Shown: positions 36,722 to 48,000 of the stretch, piece after piece | Layout: every line of letters starts with the position of its first letter | How positions within the stretch are numbered: position 1 is the first letter of the stretch | Source of the DNA: a virus | IMG/VR virus record: IMGVR_UViG_3300009181_000044 | Location: 1 to 64,000 of that record | Length of the DNA stretch: 64,000 nt | Reading direction: 5' to 3' (one strand) | The notes under the pieces: generated by a model | Told to the model about the DNA's origin: nothing | The model's input: the letters and a program-made list of their open reading frames with translations, nothing else | The model's database searches: none | Made by a program: the position numbers and the translations under genes

Positions 36722-37543
36722 ATGGCAAACCTAAGAGTAATTTACAACAATTTGGCAGATGCGGCTGTTATTACAGCAAGCACAACTGCCTCAGGTTTTA
36801 GTGTTGATAACCTTAAAAATACTCAAAAAACCAGCGTTCATCGTAGTACTGGTGCTGCTGTAACTTATACACTAACTTGGTCAACCGCACAAAGCATTAG
36901 TTGTGTAGCCCTGCCTGCAACAAATTTGCAGGCAGGCGATACCATTAAAATTGTAGGGTACACAGAAACCGCAGACACTACGCCTATTTACGAAACTGAC
37001 AATCTACCGGCTTGCACAGGTCGAGTAACAACACTGTATAATAAATACACGCTGCCAACTTACGTTGATTTTGGTTTTGGCGGAGCTACTAAAACCAGTT
37101 TTTGGTTTCCCACAACTTATCAGCTTAAAAAGCTAGTAATTACCTTAACTAGTACTACAGTTACAGCAATTGACTGTGCTAGACTTATTTGTGGCACATA
37201 CTGGGAAAGCACTAGACAAGCTAGTAATGGTATTCAATTAGGCTACGAAGATTTAAGTGAAATTACTACAACTCGTAGTGGTAACACGTACGAAGACCGA
37301 AAGCCTATCTCAGAAACTATGCAGTTTGATTTAGAATACCTGCCAGACGCAGACCGTAAACAACTACAAACACTAATGCGTAGCTGGGGTTCTAGTGCAT
37401 TAATATACTACTGTATATTTCCTAGCAATACTAATCCTGAGTTAACTCAAAGCTATAGTATATATGGTCGCAGTAATTCTAACAGTTTACAATATCAGTT
37501 CTTTAGTTTCTATAACACCAATCTTGATATAAAAAGTTGGTAA
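36722..37543 (+). CDS. distal-tail-like virion protein
   Basis: NLRVIYNN...VDNLKN...ARLICG.YW; last gene before terminator 37548-37579. Confidence 0.55.
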   Translation: MANLRVIYNNLADAAVITASTTASGFSVDNLKNTQKTSVHRSTGAAVTYTLTWSTAQSISCVALPATNLQAGDTIKIVGYTETADTTPIYETDNLPACTGRVTTLYNKYTLPTYVDFGFGGATKTSFWFPTTYQLKKLVITLTSTTVTAIDCARLICGTYWESTRQASNGIQLGYEDLSEITTTRSGNTYEDRKPISETMQFDLEYLPDADRKQLQTLMRSWGSSALIYYCIFPSNTNPELTQSYSIYGRSNSNSLQYQFFSFYNTNLDIKSW

Positions 37544-37582
37544 AATAAAAAATACCAGTCTTAGGGCTGGTATTTTTTTATG

Positions 37583-37611
37583 TTGACATTAGCCTGCCCT
37601 TATGATATAAT
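37583..37611 (+). promoter_or_regulatory. sigma70 promoter for fibre operon
   Basis: TTGACA-N17-TATAAT. Confidence 0.8.
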
Positions 37612-37736
37612 AATACAAAATGTCTAGACGTGTCGAATTTTTTTCTTGACAGGCTTTAGACGCTAATTAAATTGGTTTAACTATGTTATAGCAGGTTGTT
37701 TATAGAATAAACCTCCTGATAGGGGAGATATATTTT

Positions 37737-38084
37737 ATGGAGCATACAAGTCCAGACGACATAATACAAACACTTATGATGCTTGCTGTGGGAATAATTG
37801 CGGCTTTATTTGTATTTAAAAAGTTAATAAAAGATTGGCTTAGTAATGATGTTGAGTCAAATCTTATTAAACTTATGCATACTGAGCTAGAACGTCTAAG
37901 TGAGCAAAATACGGCTCTTAGCCTGGAATTAGGTCGCTTACATACTGAAGTAATTGCACTAAATCACGAACTACAAAAGTTAACTGTAGAAAATCAGCGA
38001 TTACAAACCGAGGTTATTGCTCTTACAAACGAAGTAAGTAGCTTTAAACTATTAAGACAAGGGAGTATTTATGGCAAGATCTAG
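37737..38084 (+). CDS. membrane-anchored coiled-coil protein
   Basis: N-terminal TM plus heptad repeats. Confidence 0.65.
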   Translation: MEHTSPDDIIQTLMMLAVGIIAALFVFKKLIKDWLSNDVESNLIKLMHTELERLSEQNTALSLELGRLHTEVIALNHELQKLTVENQRLQTEVIALTNEVSSFKLLRQGSIYGKI

Positions 38085-38694
38085 ATTATTAGACCCCATC
38101 AATGATTTAATTACAGATGGTGGTGACGTACTTTGGAGTTTTGTGCGTGGAGAACAATTAGAGTTTCCTATTACACTAAATTTTGTAGAAGACGCCCTTA
38201 GTTGGTATGGAAATGCTAATAACAGAGGATATGTTTACGAAGCTGTAGTAGTAGAAGCAAATAATACTGTCGGACAAATCACTACACCAACTACAATTAA
38301 ACCAAACGGAATTACTAATGTATTAACTGTTAGGGTGCCCTCACTTATTGGTAACTGGGACGCAGCTTCAGCTTATAATAAAGAAGAAGTAGTCTACTAC
38401 ACTGTAAACGGAAAATACTATAAATTATTAACTGGTGCAGCCAGAACAAGCGCAGTAACTCCAGTTTTAGATACTGCATTTTGGGCTGAAACCACAATAA
38501 ATAAAGTTTACTTACAATTTCCAAAAACATTGGGCACAACTTGGACTCAAACACCAACTGTAGAAACTCCAGTTTATGGCTTCTTTGAGCTACGTGTAAC
38601 AGAACCACAAGATGCTACTTTTATACGCACTTGGAAACCTGTTAGAGGAATGGTAGAGCTTTTATTTAGTCCTACATATAGCTCTAACGATTAA
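38071..38694 (+). CDS. collar / fibre-attachment protein (T5 p132-like)
   Basis: DGG.VLWS...GEQ...WKPVRGMVELLFSPT. Confidence 0.55.
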   Translation: MARSRLLDPINDLITDGGDVLWSFVRGEQLEFPITLNFVEDALSWYGNANNRGYVYEAVVVEANNTVGQITTPTTIKPNGITNVLTVRVPSLIGNWDAASAYNKEEVVYYTVNGKYYKLLTGAARTSAVTPVLDTAFWAETTINKVYLQFPKTLGTTWTQTPTVETPVYGFFELRVTEPQDATFIRTWKPVRGMVELLFSPTYSSND

Positions 38695-38702
38695 GGAAAA
38701 TT

Positions 38703-40784
38703 ATGGCAGATATTAAACAAATTTCAGTATCTGCTTCTATTAATACTGCTCAAGATAATAGTAGCACTACAAATATAGTAACAAGCGTATCTACAACTAG
38801 TGTATCTACAAGCACTTTAGCTAGTATTACACCTAATACTCTAACACAAACTGAAAATACAGAGTTAAACGTAGTAGTTACAAATATGGGCGAGGAAAGT
38901 ATTCCAGAACCCACCTTATTTAAACGGTTAGACGATACCTTTGGGTACAGCGAGCAATTAATAAAGGTCATAGCTAAAGTACTGGTGGACTTAGCAGGTA
39001 CACAATATCAAGTTAGCGCAGCAGTCACAAAAGTATTGGCTGACCCCGCTACAGCCTCAGAAATATTTAGTAGAGTTGTAGAGTACTATAGAACATATAC
39101 AGATGCTACCACCAATACCGAACAATTGCAATTAGCCGTTGCAAAAGTATTTGCAGATATTACCGCTAATACTGAAACACTATCAAAAATACTAGATAAA
39201 ACAGCACAAGATTTAACAACTACTAGTGAGCAGCAAGTATTTCAAGCAGATAAAGTATTAGAAGACTGGGTAGACGCCACAGATGACATACTTGGCGAAG
39301 CAAACATAGATGATGATGAATATGCAGATGTTGGTAAAACTTTATCAGACTACGCAACTACCAACGATCAATTTGACAGAACTGTTACTTTTGACAGACA
39401 AGTTGCAGACGCAGATAGCGTTACAGATTTAGCACAATTTGCAGTTGATGTCAATAAAGTAGATACTGCAACTAATACAGAACAAAGAACACTAGCCGTA
39501 GATAAAATAGCACAAGATCAAGTTGCTACTACTGAACAAGCTTATTTAAACACAAATAAAGTAACACAAGAAACTACAACTACTAGTGAAACTACGCAAC
39601 TTGCAGCTGATGTTAGCAAACTTGATCAAGTAACTACTAATGAAACTAGTAGTAAAGATATTTTTCCGGTTGTGGCGGATCAAGCAGTTACAGCTGAAAC
39701 ATTTGACAGAACCGTTCAGTTTAATAGAACACTTACAGAGTCTAGTGCTACCACAGAACAAGTGCAAAAATCCGTTGAGCCTGTATTAACGGAAACTATA
39801 ACTACAAGCGAGCTAACAACACAACTTGTAGATAAGGTCGCACAAGAAAATATAACTACTACTGAACAACAAGTATTTGAAGCAACTAAAGTCTTAGAAG
39901 ATTTAGTTGATGCCACAGACGATGTGCTTGGAGAAGCAAATGTTGATGATGATCAGTATGCTCAAGTAGATAAAACAGTATCCGATTACTTGGCTACAAG
40001 TGATCAATTTGATAGAACTGTTGATTTTAATAGAACAGTTACTGATACTGATACTACTGTAGATTTAGTAACATTTGCAGCTGAAATAGTGCGTCAAGAT
40101 AACGCAATAACTTCAGAAACATTTGACAGAGTTGTTGGTTTTAATAGAGACTTTACTGATCAAACTATTAACGCAGAACAAGTGCAAAAAGTTGTTGCAA
40201 CAGTACTTGCAGAAATTACTGCTATTACAGAAGTTATAACTCAATTAATAGATAAAGCAGCTCAAGATTTAACAACTACTAGTGAATACCAGGTATTTCA
40301 AACAAACAAAGTTTTAGAAGACTGGGTAGATGCTACAGATGATTTTGATGGTGCCGCCACGATCGAAGACGATCAGTATGCTCAAGTAGATAAAACTCTA
40401 TCAGACTACGCAACTACTAGTGATTTAATTAGTACAAGTGCTAGTTATAATAGAACAGTTACTGATACTGATACTACTGTAGATTTAGTAACACTTGCAA
40501 TTCAACCAGCTTATCAAGAAACTGTAAATAGTCAAGAACAACTTGTTAAAGATGTTACAACAACTTTAACAGAATCAAAAATTTTATCTGAGGTATTCGC
40601 TGCTGCAACTGACAAAGCACTTTCAGATAATACAAACAGTAGCGATACTGTAACTCTTGTTGGAGCACTTTCTAAAACGGAAACTGTTTCAATATCAGAA
40701 ACAAAAACACTTGCTATGCAAAGCTACTTCGCTACAGACGATTACGTAGAAGCTGGGTATGTGGGTGAATACTATACTTATTAA
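38703..40784 (+). CDS. acidic Thr/Asp-rich repeat virion protein
   Basis: ~20-aa D..T.E....K repeats; three DATDD..G.A..DDD.YA blocks. Confidence 0.7.
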   Translation: MADIKQISVSASINTAQDNSSTTNIVTSVSTTSVSTSTLASITPNTLTQTENTELNVVVTNMGEESIPEPTLFKRLDDTFGYSEQLIKVIAKVLVDLAGTQYQVSAAVTKVLADPATASEIFSRVVEYYRTYTDATTNTEQLQLAVAKVFADITANTETLSKILDKTAQDLTTTSEQQVFQADKVLEDWVDATDDILGEANIDDDEYADVGKTLSDYATTNDQFDRTVTFDRQVADADSVTDLAQFAVDVNKVDTATNTEQRTLAVDKIAQDQVATTEQAYLNTNKVTQETTTTSETTQLAADVSKLDQVTTNETSSKDIFPVVADQAVTAETFDRTVQFNRTLTESSATTEQVQKSVEPVLTETITTSELTTQLVDKVAQENITTTEQQVFEATKVLEDLVDATDDVLGEANVDDDQYAQVDKTVSDYLATSDQFDRTVDFNRTVTDTDTTVDLVTFAAEIVRQDNAITSETFDRVVGFNRDFTDQTINAEQVQKVVATVLAEITAITEVITQLIDKAAQDLTTTSEYQVFQTNKVLEDWVDATDDFDGAATIEDDQYAQVDKTLSDYATTSDLISTSASYNRTVTDTDTTVDLVTLAIQPAYQETVNSQEQLVKDVTTTLTESKILSEVFAAATDKALSDNTNSSDTVTLVGALSKTETVSISETKTLAMQSYFATDDYVEAGYVGEYYTY

Positions 40785-40793
40785 GGATTTTAT

Positions 40794-41261
40794 ATGTTAT
40801 TAGAAAACATCAAAACTAAAGGTACGTTGACCCTAATTCTAACAGATGAATTCGGCAACGTAAAACAACAAGCAGAAGAAAACTTAGTTGTTTCCACAGG
40901 TTTAGCTTATATTGCTAGCCGTATGAAAGATACTACACTAGCTGCAACAAGCTATATGAGTATTGGTACAGGTTCAGTAGCAGCAGCTGCAGCAAACACA
41001 CAATTGGGTGCTGAAAGCGCACGAGTTACGTTAACTTCTACTACCCTAGTAACAACAACTGTAGCTAACGATGCTATTCAGTATGTTGCATCTTTCCCAG
41101 CCGGTACAGGTACTGCAGCAATTACTGAGGCGGGTCTACACGCAGGTGCTGCAACCGCAACCGTAAATAGCGGAACACTAGTAGCTCGCACCGTATTCTC
41201 AGTAATTAACAAAGGTGCACTAGATACCTTGACAATTACTTGGAAAATTACTGTAGCTTAA
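40794..41261 (+). CDS. virion structural protein
   Basis: NLVVSTG...ITEAGL...LVARTVFSVINKG..DTLTITW. Confidence 0.7.
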   Translation: MLLENIKTKGTLTLILTDEFGNVKQQAEENLVVSTGLAYIASRMKDTTLAATSYMSIGTGSVAAAAANTQLGAESARVTLTSTTLVTTTVANDAIQYVASFPAGTGTAAITEAGLHAGAATATVNSGTLVARTVFSVINKGALDTLTITWKITVA

Positions 41262-41279
41262 TTTTAACAGGGGATACTT

Positions 41280-41501
41280 ATGGCGACTATTATTACACGA
41301 GTATTGGGGGTTTCGCCAAAAAATACTCCCCTTACTAATTCAGAAGTTGATAATAACTTTATTAACTTAAACACAGAACTTGGTGAAAAGTTGGTTAAAA
41401 CGTCAAATTTAAATGATTTAAGTAACGTGGCAACCGCAAGAACAAATTTAGACGTATACAGTCAAGCAGAAGCAGTGGGTTTAGCTATTGCTTTAGGATA
41501 A
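41280..41501 (+). CDS. fibre anchor-like small protein
   Basis: PLTNSEVDNNFINLN...ARTNL...AIALG. Confidence 0.65.
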   Translation: MATIITRVLGVSPKNTPLTNSEVDNNFINLNTELGEKLVKTSNLNDLSNVATARTNLDVYSQAEAVGLAIALG

Positions 41502-41510
41502 GGATACAAA

Positions 41511-41837
41511 ATGGCTTTCAAATCAAAAATAACAGCAAATATTGGAATAGATGCCAGTCCTAGTACCATAACTCCTACCATTACTGCAGGTCAGACTGGT
41601 ACCTTAATCGGTTTATCTATTGCCAACACAACTGCTGCAACAATTACCGTTTCAGCACGTTTAGTAAAAAATGGTGGAACATCAGCATTTTTAGTTAAAA
41701 GCGCCGCAGTACTTCCTGGCGGCGCTCTTGCCATTGTAGGCGGCGATCAAAAATTAGTTATTGAAGAAGGTGATTCAGTCACAGCCAGCGCAAGCGCAGC
41801 AACTTCAGCAGACGCAATTATTTCATACTTAATATAA
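41511..41837 (+). CDS. small virion protein
   Basis: Beta-rich 108 aa in fibre operon. Confidence 0.65.
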   Translation: MAFKSKITANIGIDASPSTITPTITAGQTGTLIGLSIANTTAATITVSARLVKNGGTSAFLVKSAAVLPGGALAIVGGDQKLVIEEGDSVTASASAATSADAIISYLI

Positions 41838-41847
41838 GGAGTACACT

Positions 41848-44073
41848 ATGGCAGTCATAGGAAATGCTCCATTTCAGGGCTTAGTCTCTGGTGGTGAGAT
41901 TTTAGACGGTTCGATTGAAGGTGTAGACTTAAGTACTAGTGCAATTGCAGCTAGACTTGGTTATACTCCTGTCAATCCAGGTGCGGCAGCTATTACAGCT
42001 GGTTCAATTAATAACACTACAATAGGTGCCACCACAGTTTCTACAGGTGCGTTCACAACCTTAACAAGCAATGCTGCAGTAACTTTCACTGCAGGCACTG
42101 CTTCTACTACTACCGGGACAGGAACACTTGTAATCACAGGTGGTTTAGGGGTAAGCGGAAGAATTAACGCAGCCAACTTTGACGGTATTGTTGGTGCTAA
42201 TACGGCGGCGGCTGGTTCGTTTACTACGCTGAGTGCTACGAGTGCAACTACTATTACAGCCCAACTTACAGCATCGACTGGTGATGGAACATACCCAATA
42301 ATCAGCAAAGATACCAGAGCATTTAGTGCGGGTGTTACCGGCCCACAGTTAGGGTTTTTTGGGCTGGATTCAACCTCAACAAATAATTCACTTGGTGCAA
42401 TTCGTGCGCTTGCACAAACCAGTCAAAACGGAACACTAGAGGCACGAGTTTTATCAAACGGTTCCATAACCACTATCGGCACATTCTCCTCCACTGGCCT
42501 TGCAGTCACTGGAACGCTGAGTGCTACGAATACGATTACTCAAACAGGGTCAAGCGGCACATTAGCATTTAACCAAAATCAAACTATCACTGGGGCAATA
42601 GTAAATACAAAAACAGCGGTAGGGGCAAATTCCCTTGGAGCCTACGATCAATTTGCTACAAAAGACAATACTGGAGCGACAAATACATGGGCTGTTGGTG
42701 TAAATGTTAATTCAGCCAATAGCAGTTGGGAACTCTATAACGGCGGCACAAAATTTTTAATAACTCAAGCTGGCAGTGTTAGTATTGGGGGACATTCGCC
42801 TAACGCACGACTAGATGTGCGGGGTGATACTGGTTCTAGCGTAAATGCAATTATGAGAATAAGAGGCACAAACACTACCTCAAGAACAACTAGGTTGCAG
42901 TTTGAAGATTATTTGGGAACACTAGCAGATGCTACGATCGATTTTAAAATACCAACAGCAAGTTCTGCCGCTTCAGCCCTATTGCAAATGGGTATTAACG
43001 GCGCTGCTGCACTTGCTATAGACGTTAATTCTAACGTAGGTGTTGGGACTACTGCCCCACAAAACAGATTACAAGTAGTGACCACAACAAGGCCTCAATT
43101 TTCTGTAAGTTATGACGGCACAACAGGTTTGTATCTTGAAGATTCAAGTAACTCAGTTGGTAAAAGTTGGAAAATTGCTACTTCTACAGCGGTGGCAAGC
43201 GCATTAGAATTTTATCAATCAACTGCAACAAGCGGTGTTCCTGTTTGGTCAGCATCAGCGGCAATGACCCTTGATGCAAGCGGTAGGTTGTTAATTGGAA
43301 CAACTACTCCTACACAAACTTCTAACTTACTGGAAGTAAATAAAAGTCAAGGTGGTCAAACTGGTGCCCATGTTGTTAATACTTCAACCAGTAGTGCTTA
43401 TGCTGAAGCCGTACTTACTACGTCTGCATATAATACAGGATTACTCATAGGATCTGTTGGAGGAAACGTTACCACATTCGGAATTGCAACTATTGCAGGA
43501 GTAGCACCGGCTGGCGTTAGTTATATAATGCAGTTTAGTGCGTATCCAATGGTTATCAATCATTATGCGGCACAACCAATTGTATTTGGTACCGGCAATG
43601 CAAACCGCCTGACCATTGGCTCCACTGGTAACATTGGTATTGCTACCACAGCTGTCTACAACAGCGCAAAACTTTCTATTGCTGGTGACCTTGAGGCTCG
43701 TGGCAACATGAAGTCTTATAACGGAAGTAGAGGAGGTTTAGCAATTGGAGCATCGGTAAACTTATTTACTATAAATACTGGCTCTTATGGTACGGCTGTT
43801 AGCATGATTGCCTACGTTCAGCAACGAGACGATAACGTTGGTGCTTTAAGTAACTATCAATACAGCATCACTGGCTGGGGTGGCTCTGGCGTAACCGTCA
43901 ATGTTGCCAGCTCTCAAAATTACGGTGTTGCTTCTGCACTTACTGTAACTACCTCAGGTTCTAGCGGCGGTGCAGTCGTCACCCTCACAAATGCTTCAGG
44001 AAGAGCAAGCACCTCAGTGGCTGTGGTAGCCATCGTGCTGATTGGATATGAGTCAGTTAACTGGGGCTTCTAA
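41848..44073 (+). CDS. tail fibre protein
   Basis: GNVGIGT-type repeats, Gly/Thr/Ser-rich. Confidence 0.75.
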   Translation: MAVIGNAPFQGLVSGGEILDGSIEGVDLSTSAIAARLGYTPVNPGAAAITAGSINNTTIGATTVSTGAFTTLTSNAAVTFTAGTASTTTGTGTLVITGGLGVSGRINAANFDGIVGANTAAAGSFTTLSATSATTITAQLTASTGDGTYPIISKDTRAFSAGVTGPQLGFFGLDSTSTNNSLGAIRALAQTSQNGTLEARVLSNGSITTIGTFSSTGLAVTGTLSATNTITQTGSSGTLAFNQNQTITGAIVNTKTAVGANSLGAYDQFATKDNTGATNTWAVGVNVNSANSSWELYNGGTKFLITQAGSVSIGGHSPNARLDVRGDTGSSVNAIMRIRGTNTTSRTTRLQFEDYLGTLADATIDFKIPTASSAASALLQMGINGAAALAIDVNSNVGVGTTAPQNRLQVVTTTRPQFSVSYDGTTGLYLEDSSNSVGKSWKIATSTAVASALEFYQSTATSGVPVWSASAAMTLDASGRLLIGTTTPTQTSNLLEVNKSQGGQTGAHVVNTSTSSAYAEAVLTTSAYNTGLLIGSVGGNVTTFGIATIAGVAPAGVSYIMQFSAYPMVINHYAAQPIVFGTGNANRLTIGSTGNIGIATTAVYNSAKLSIAGDLEARGNMKSYNGSRGGLAIGASVNLFTINTGSYGTAVSMIAYVQQRDDNVGALSNYQYSITGWGGSGVTVNVASSQNYGVASALTVTTSGSSGGAVVTLTNASGRASTSVAVVAIVLIGYESVNWGF

Positions 44074-44089
44074 TTTTTAAAGGAAAATC

Positions 44090-44422
44090 ATGACAACATG
44101 GACAATTGAACAACTGGAACGTGAAACTCAGACTGGTTTAGTAACTCAAGTGCACTGGCGTGCAACTGCCACAGACACAGTTGGAACTGGCGACGATACA
44201 AAAAACTACTCAGCTACCGCATACGGCTCACTAGGCTTAACAGCTGGCGATACCGTAATCCCATTTGCTGACTTAACCAAAGATGTGGTAGTTGGCTGGG
44301 TAAAAGATAAACTGGGCACAGAAGCTGTCACAACTACAGAAGCCAGCCTAGCCCAACAGCTTGCAGACCTAAAAGCACCAAAATCTACAGCAGGCTTTCC
44401 AACCAGTTGGACTGCAGTTTAA
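44090..44422 (+). CDS. fibre-associated / chaperone protein
   Basis: TWTIEQLER...VHW...IPFADLT...GWVK. Confidence 0.6.
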   Translation: MTTWTIEQLERETQTGLVTQVHWRATATDTVGTGDDTKNYSATAYGSLGLTAGDTVIPFADLTKDVVVGWVKDKLGTEAVTTTEASLAQQLADLKAPKSTAGFPTSWTAV

Positions 44423-44440
44423 TATACCGGAGAACAACCC

Positions 44441-44857
44441 ATGAGTAAAGCATTAGAATTAGCCAAGTTTGGTAGGGAAACTATTCCTGCTGGTGCGGTC
44501 GTGGGTGACTCTGACACGCAAACTTTAAGCAATAAGCGTATTACGCCAAGAATTTTAGCAAGCACTAGTAATAGTGCTACACCTACATTAAATACCGATA
44601 GTTATGACATAATGGTCATTACTAACCAAACTGTTGCTATTACGTCATTTACTACTAATTTGACGGGTACGCCAACAAACGGACAAAAACTTTGGATTTC
44701 AATTACTGGTACTGCTGCTGTTGCTATAACGTGGGGTGCTTCATTTGAAGCATCTACAACAGCATTACCAACTACCACAGTTACTACTGCACGTTTAGAT
44801 GTAGGGTTTGTGTGGAATTCAACAACTACAAAATGGCGTTGCGTGGCAGCGGCATAA
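44441..44857 (+). CDS. fibre adaptor-like protein
   Basis: TQTLSNK...GTPTNGQKL...KWRCVA. Confidence 0.6.
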   Translation: MSKALELAKFGRETIPAGAVVGDSDTQTLSNKRITPRILASTSNSATPTLNTDSYDIMVITNQTVAITSFTTNLTGTPTNGQKLWISITGTAAVAITWGASFEASTTALPTTTVTTARLDVGFVWNSTTTKWRCVAAA

Positions 44858-44868
44858 GGAAAAAAAGC

Positions 44869-45084
44869 ATGAAAATAGACTTTGAATTTGACTCAACTTA
44901 CGGCGTATTTCGTGACGCCTTACACTTACCAGACAATCATACGTTTACAGATACAGAAATTAGCACAATGAAGCAACAACGTTTTGATAACTGGATTGCA
45001 GTAGTTACGGCTCCGCCACCAAATTACGTGCTAGATGCTGATGGAAATGTGGTGTTAGATGAAAACGGTAATCCTATAATTTAG
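44869..45084 (+). CDS. small fibre-associated protein
   Basis: AAGGA RBS; IDFEF...FRDALHL. Confidence 0.6.
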   Translation: MKIDFEFDSTYGVFRDALHLPDNHTFTDTEISTMKQQRFDNWIAVVTAPPPNYVLDADGNVVLDENGNPII

Positions 45085-45093
45085 GAGTAACAT

Positions 45094-48000
45094 ATGGCCA
45101 ATAGATATTGGGTAGGTGGCACAGGTGCGTGGAGTAGTACAAGCACCGCAAACTGGTCTGCGGCGACTGGCTTGTCTTTTACCGCCAGCCGTACTGGTAC
45201 TACTTTAACCACTGTTGGTTCGCCTGCACTTGCGGTTGGTATGACTGTTTGGGGTTCAACTGGCACTAATCTTGGAACAATAAGCAGTGGCAGTGTTAAT
45301 ACGTGGACTATGAACACAAGTGGAACTGTGTCATCTCAAAGCATGAGTGCGGCGACTATTGGTGCATCTGTACCGACCGCGGCAGATTCTGTATTTTTTG
45401 ATGCCAATTCAAATAGCAGTACTACGGCATTTACAGTAACAATGTCTGTAACGCCAAGGGTCTGTAATGACTTCACAGCGTCAGGTCTCGATGGGGTTAT
45501 GACCCTTGCGGGTTCAGCTATTGGCTTGACAGTATCAGGCAGTCTTACATTTCACGCCACAAACTTTAGCCGCACCTATACGGGTACAACAACATTTAAT
45601 GCCACGACAACAGGAAAAACTGTAACCACTAATGGTGTTGCTTTTGGTTCGGTGGTTACGTTTGATGGTGTTGGCGGTGCATGGACTTTAGGTTCTGCGT
45701 TTAATTGCGGCACTAGCGACTTAACAGTTACCAACGGCACATTTGATACTTCAGCAAGTAATTATTCTGTAACTGCTGGCCGTTTATTTTCAAACAACGC
45801 AAACGTCAGAACGATAAATTTGAACGGATCAACTGTTGCTGTATCTAGTTCTAGCCCTGTCACATTTACTACAACAAACCTTACATTTAACGTAGGAACA
45901 TCAACACTTAATTGTTCTAACGTATTTCCAACATTTTCTGGTAGCGGGCTAACTTATTACAACGTATCTTTTACATCTACAACAGCATTACCAATAATCA
46001 CAGGCGCAAACACATTTAATAATTTAACTTTTGCGGGTAGAACTACTGTTGGTGTCGGCGCAGTAAGTATTTATGCAAACCAGACAATTAACGGGACGTT
46101 TACAGTAAGTGCGGGTACTGCTTCTGCATACCGCATACAAATTAACTCTGACACTTTTGGCACAATACGCACATTAACTTGTGCGGCAGTATCTTTAACT
46201 GATGTTGATTTTAGGGATATAACTATTGCAGGGGCGGCGGCCCCTGCTACTGGAACAAGAATTGGAGATGGCAAAGGCAATAGTGGAATTACATTTCCTG
46301 CGGCTAAGACTGTTTACTATCGTGCACTTGTTTCTGCGGGTTGGGGTGGTACTGGTGGTGGTCTTTGGTCTGCTACATCAGGCGGTGCAGTAGACGGAAC
46401 CATGTTCCCATTAGCACAAGACACTGCTGTATTTCCTGCGGATACATATCCTGCAAGTGGTTCAACGACAACTATCAATGATAATTACTACATTGGCACA
46501 ATAGATATGTCGTTAAGAACGTCAAATACCATGACGTTAGCAACAGGCACAACTGCACCATTTATTTACGGTAGTTGGATAAATGGTACGGGTATAACAA
46601 TATCTGGAACAGGAATACTTACATTTGCAGGGCGCACTACACAACAAATTACAAGTGCGGGTATAACATTTACTCAGCCTATAACGATTAATAGTTCAGG
46701 TGGTTCGGTTACTTTACAAGATGCATTAAATATTGGCACTAACAACCTGTTAATTCCACGGGGCACTTTTGATACATCGTCATCTGGAAATTATGCTGTA
46801 ACTGCTGCTTCTTTGCAGCTGAATCAAACCAATCCAAGAGGCGCTAATTTAAACGCATCTACTATTACGTTAAGCTCACAGTATCCAATTAGTATTCCTT
46901 CTACACTTGGTGGTTTAACATGGAATGCAGGAACATCAACCATAAATTGTACATCTCCAATAGTAGGTTGGTTCCCCGGTTCTACACAAACTTATTACAA
47001 CGTAGCATTTACATCTACTGCACTAACCACTCCGCAATTGGGTGTAACTGCATCTGATGCAAGCATATTTAATAATTTAACAATTACTGGTAGAGCTACT
47101 ATTGGCATAGGTGTTTTATCCGTTGCTTCAAATCATACAATTAACGGAACATTTACAGTAAATGCTGGCGCGGTGGCATCATGCCGCATAGCCGTTTTCT
47201 CTAGCACTTTTAACACTACACGCACATTAACTTGTGCGGCTGTATCTTTAGCGGATGTTGATTTTAGAGATATAACCATTGCAGGGGCGGCATCTCCTGC
47301 GTCAGGAACTCGACTAGGTGATTGCAAAGGCAATAGTGGAATTACATTTCCTGCGGCTAAGACTGTGTTTTATGGGGAAACTGGGTCTAGCAGTTGGGGT
47401 ACTGGAGGCATTGGTTCTTGGTCTGCTACGTCTGGTGGGGGTAGAGATTCAACGCAGTTCCCATTAGCACAAGATACTGCTGTATTTCCTGCGGCAACTT
47501 ATCCTGCCTCTGGTTCAACGACAACTATTAACGCTGAGTACAACATTGGCACAATAGATATGTCGTTGAGAACGTCAGACACGATGACGTTGGCAACAGG
47601 TGGAAATTCACTATCAGTTTATGGTAATTGGATAAATGGAACTGGGATTACATTAACTGGTACAGGTCGAATAACATATTCGGGACGAACTACACAAACA
47701 ATTACAAGTTCGGCTAAGACTTTTACACAGCCTTTTAGTGTTACCTCTCCAAGTGGTTCAGTTGTTTTGCAAGATGCGTTTACAACAAGTTCAACCCTTG
47801 CAACAAATTTAAACTATGGAACTTTAGACCTTCAGTCATACACATTAACTACAAGTTTATTTAGTTCAGCTAACTCCAACACTAGAACCATTGCTTTTGG
47901 TACAGGTCAAATATCTTGTACTGCTACAGGTACTCCGTGGGATACGCAAACAGTTACAGGACTTACTACAACAGGAACACAGGTAGTTAACATAACATAT

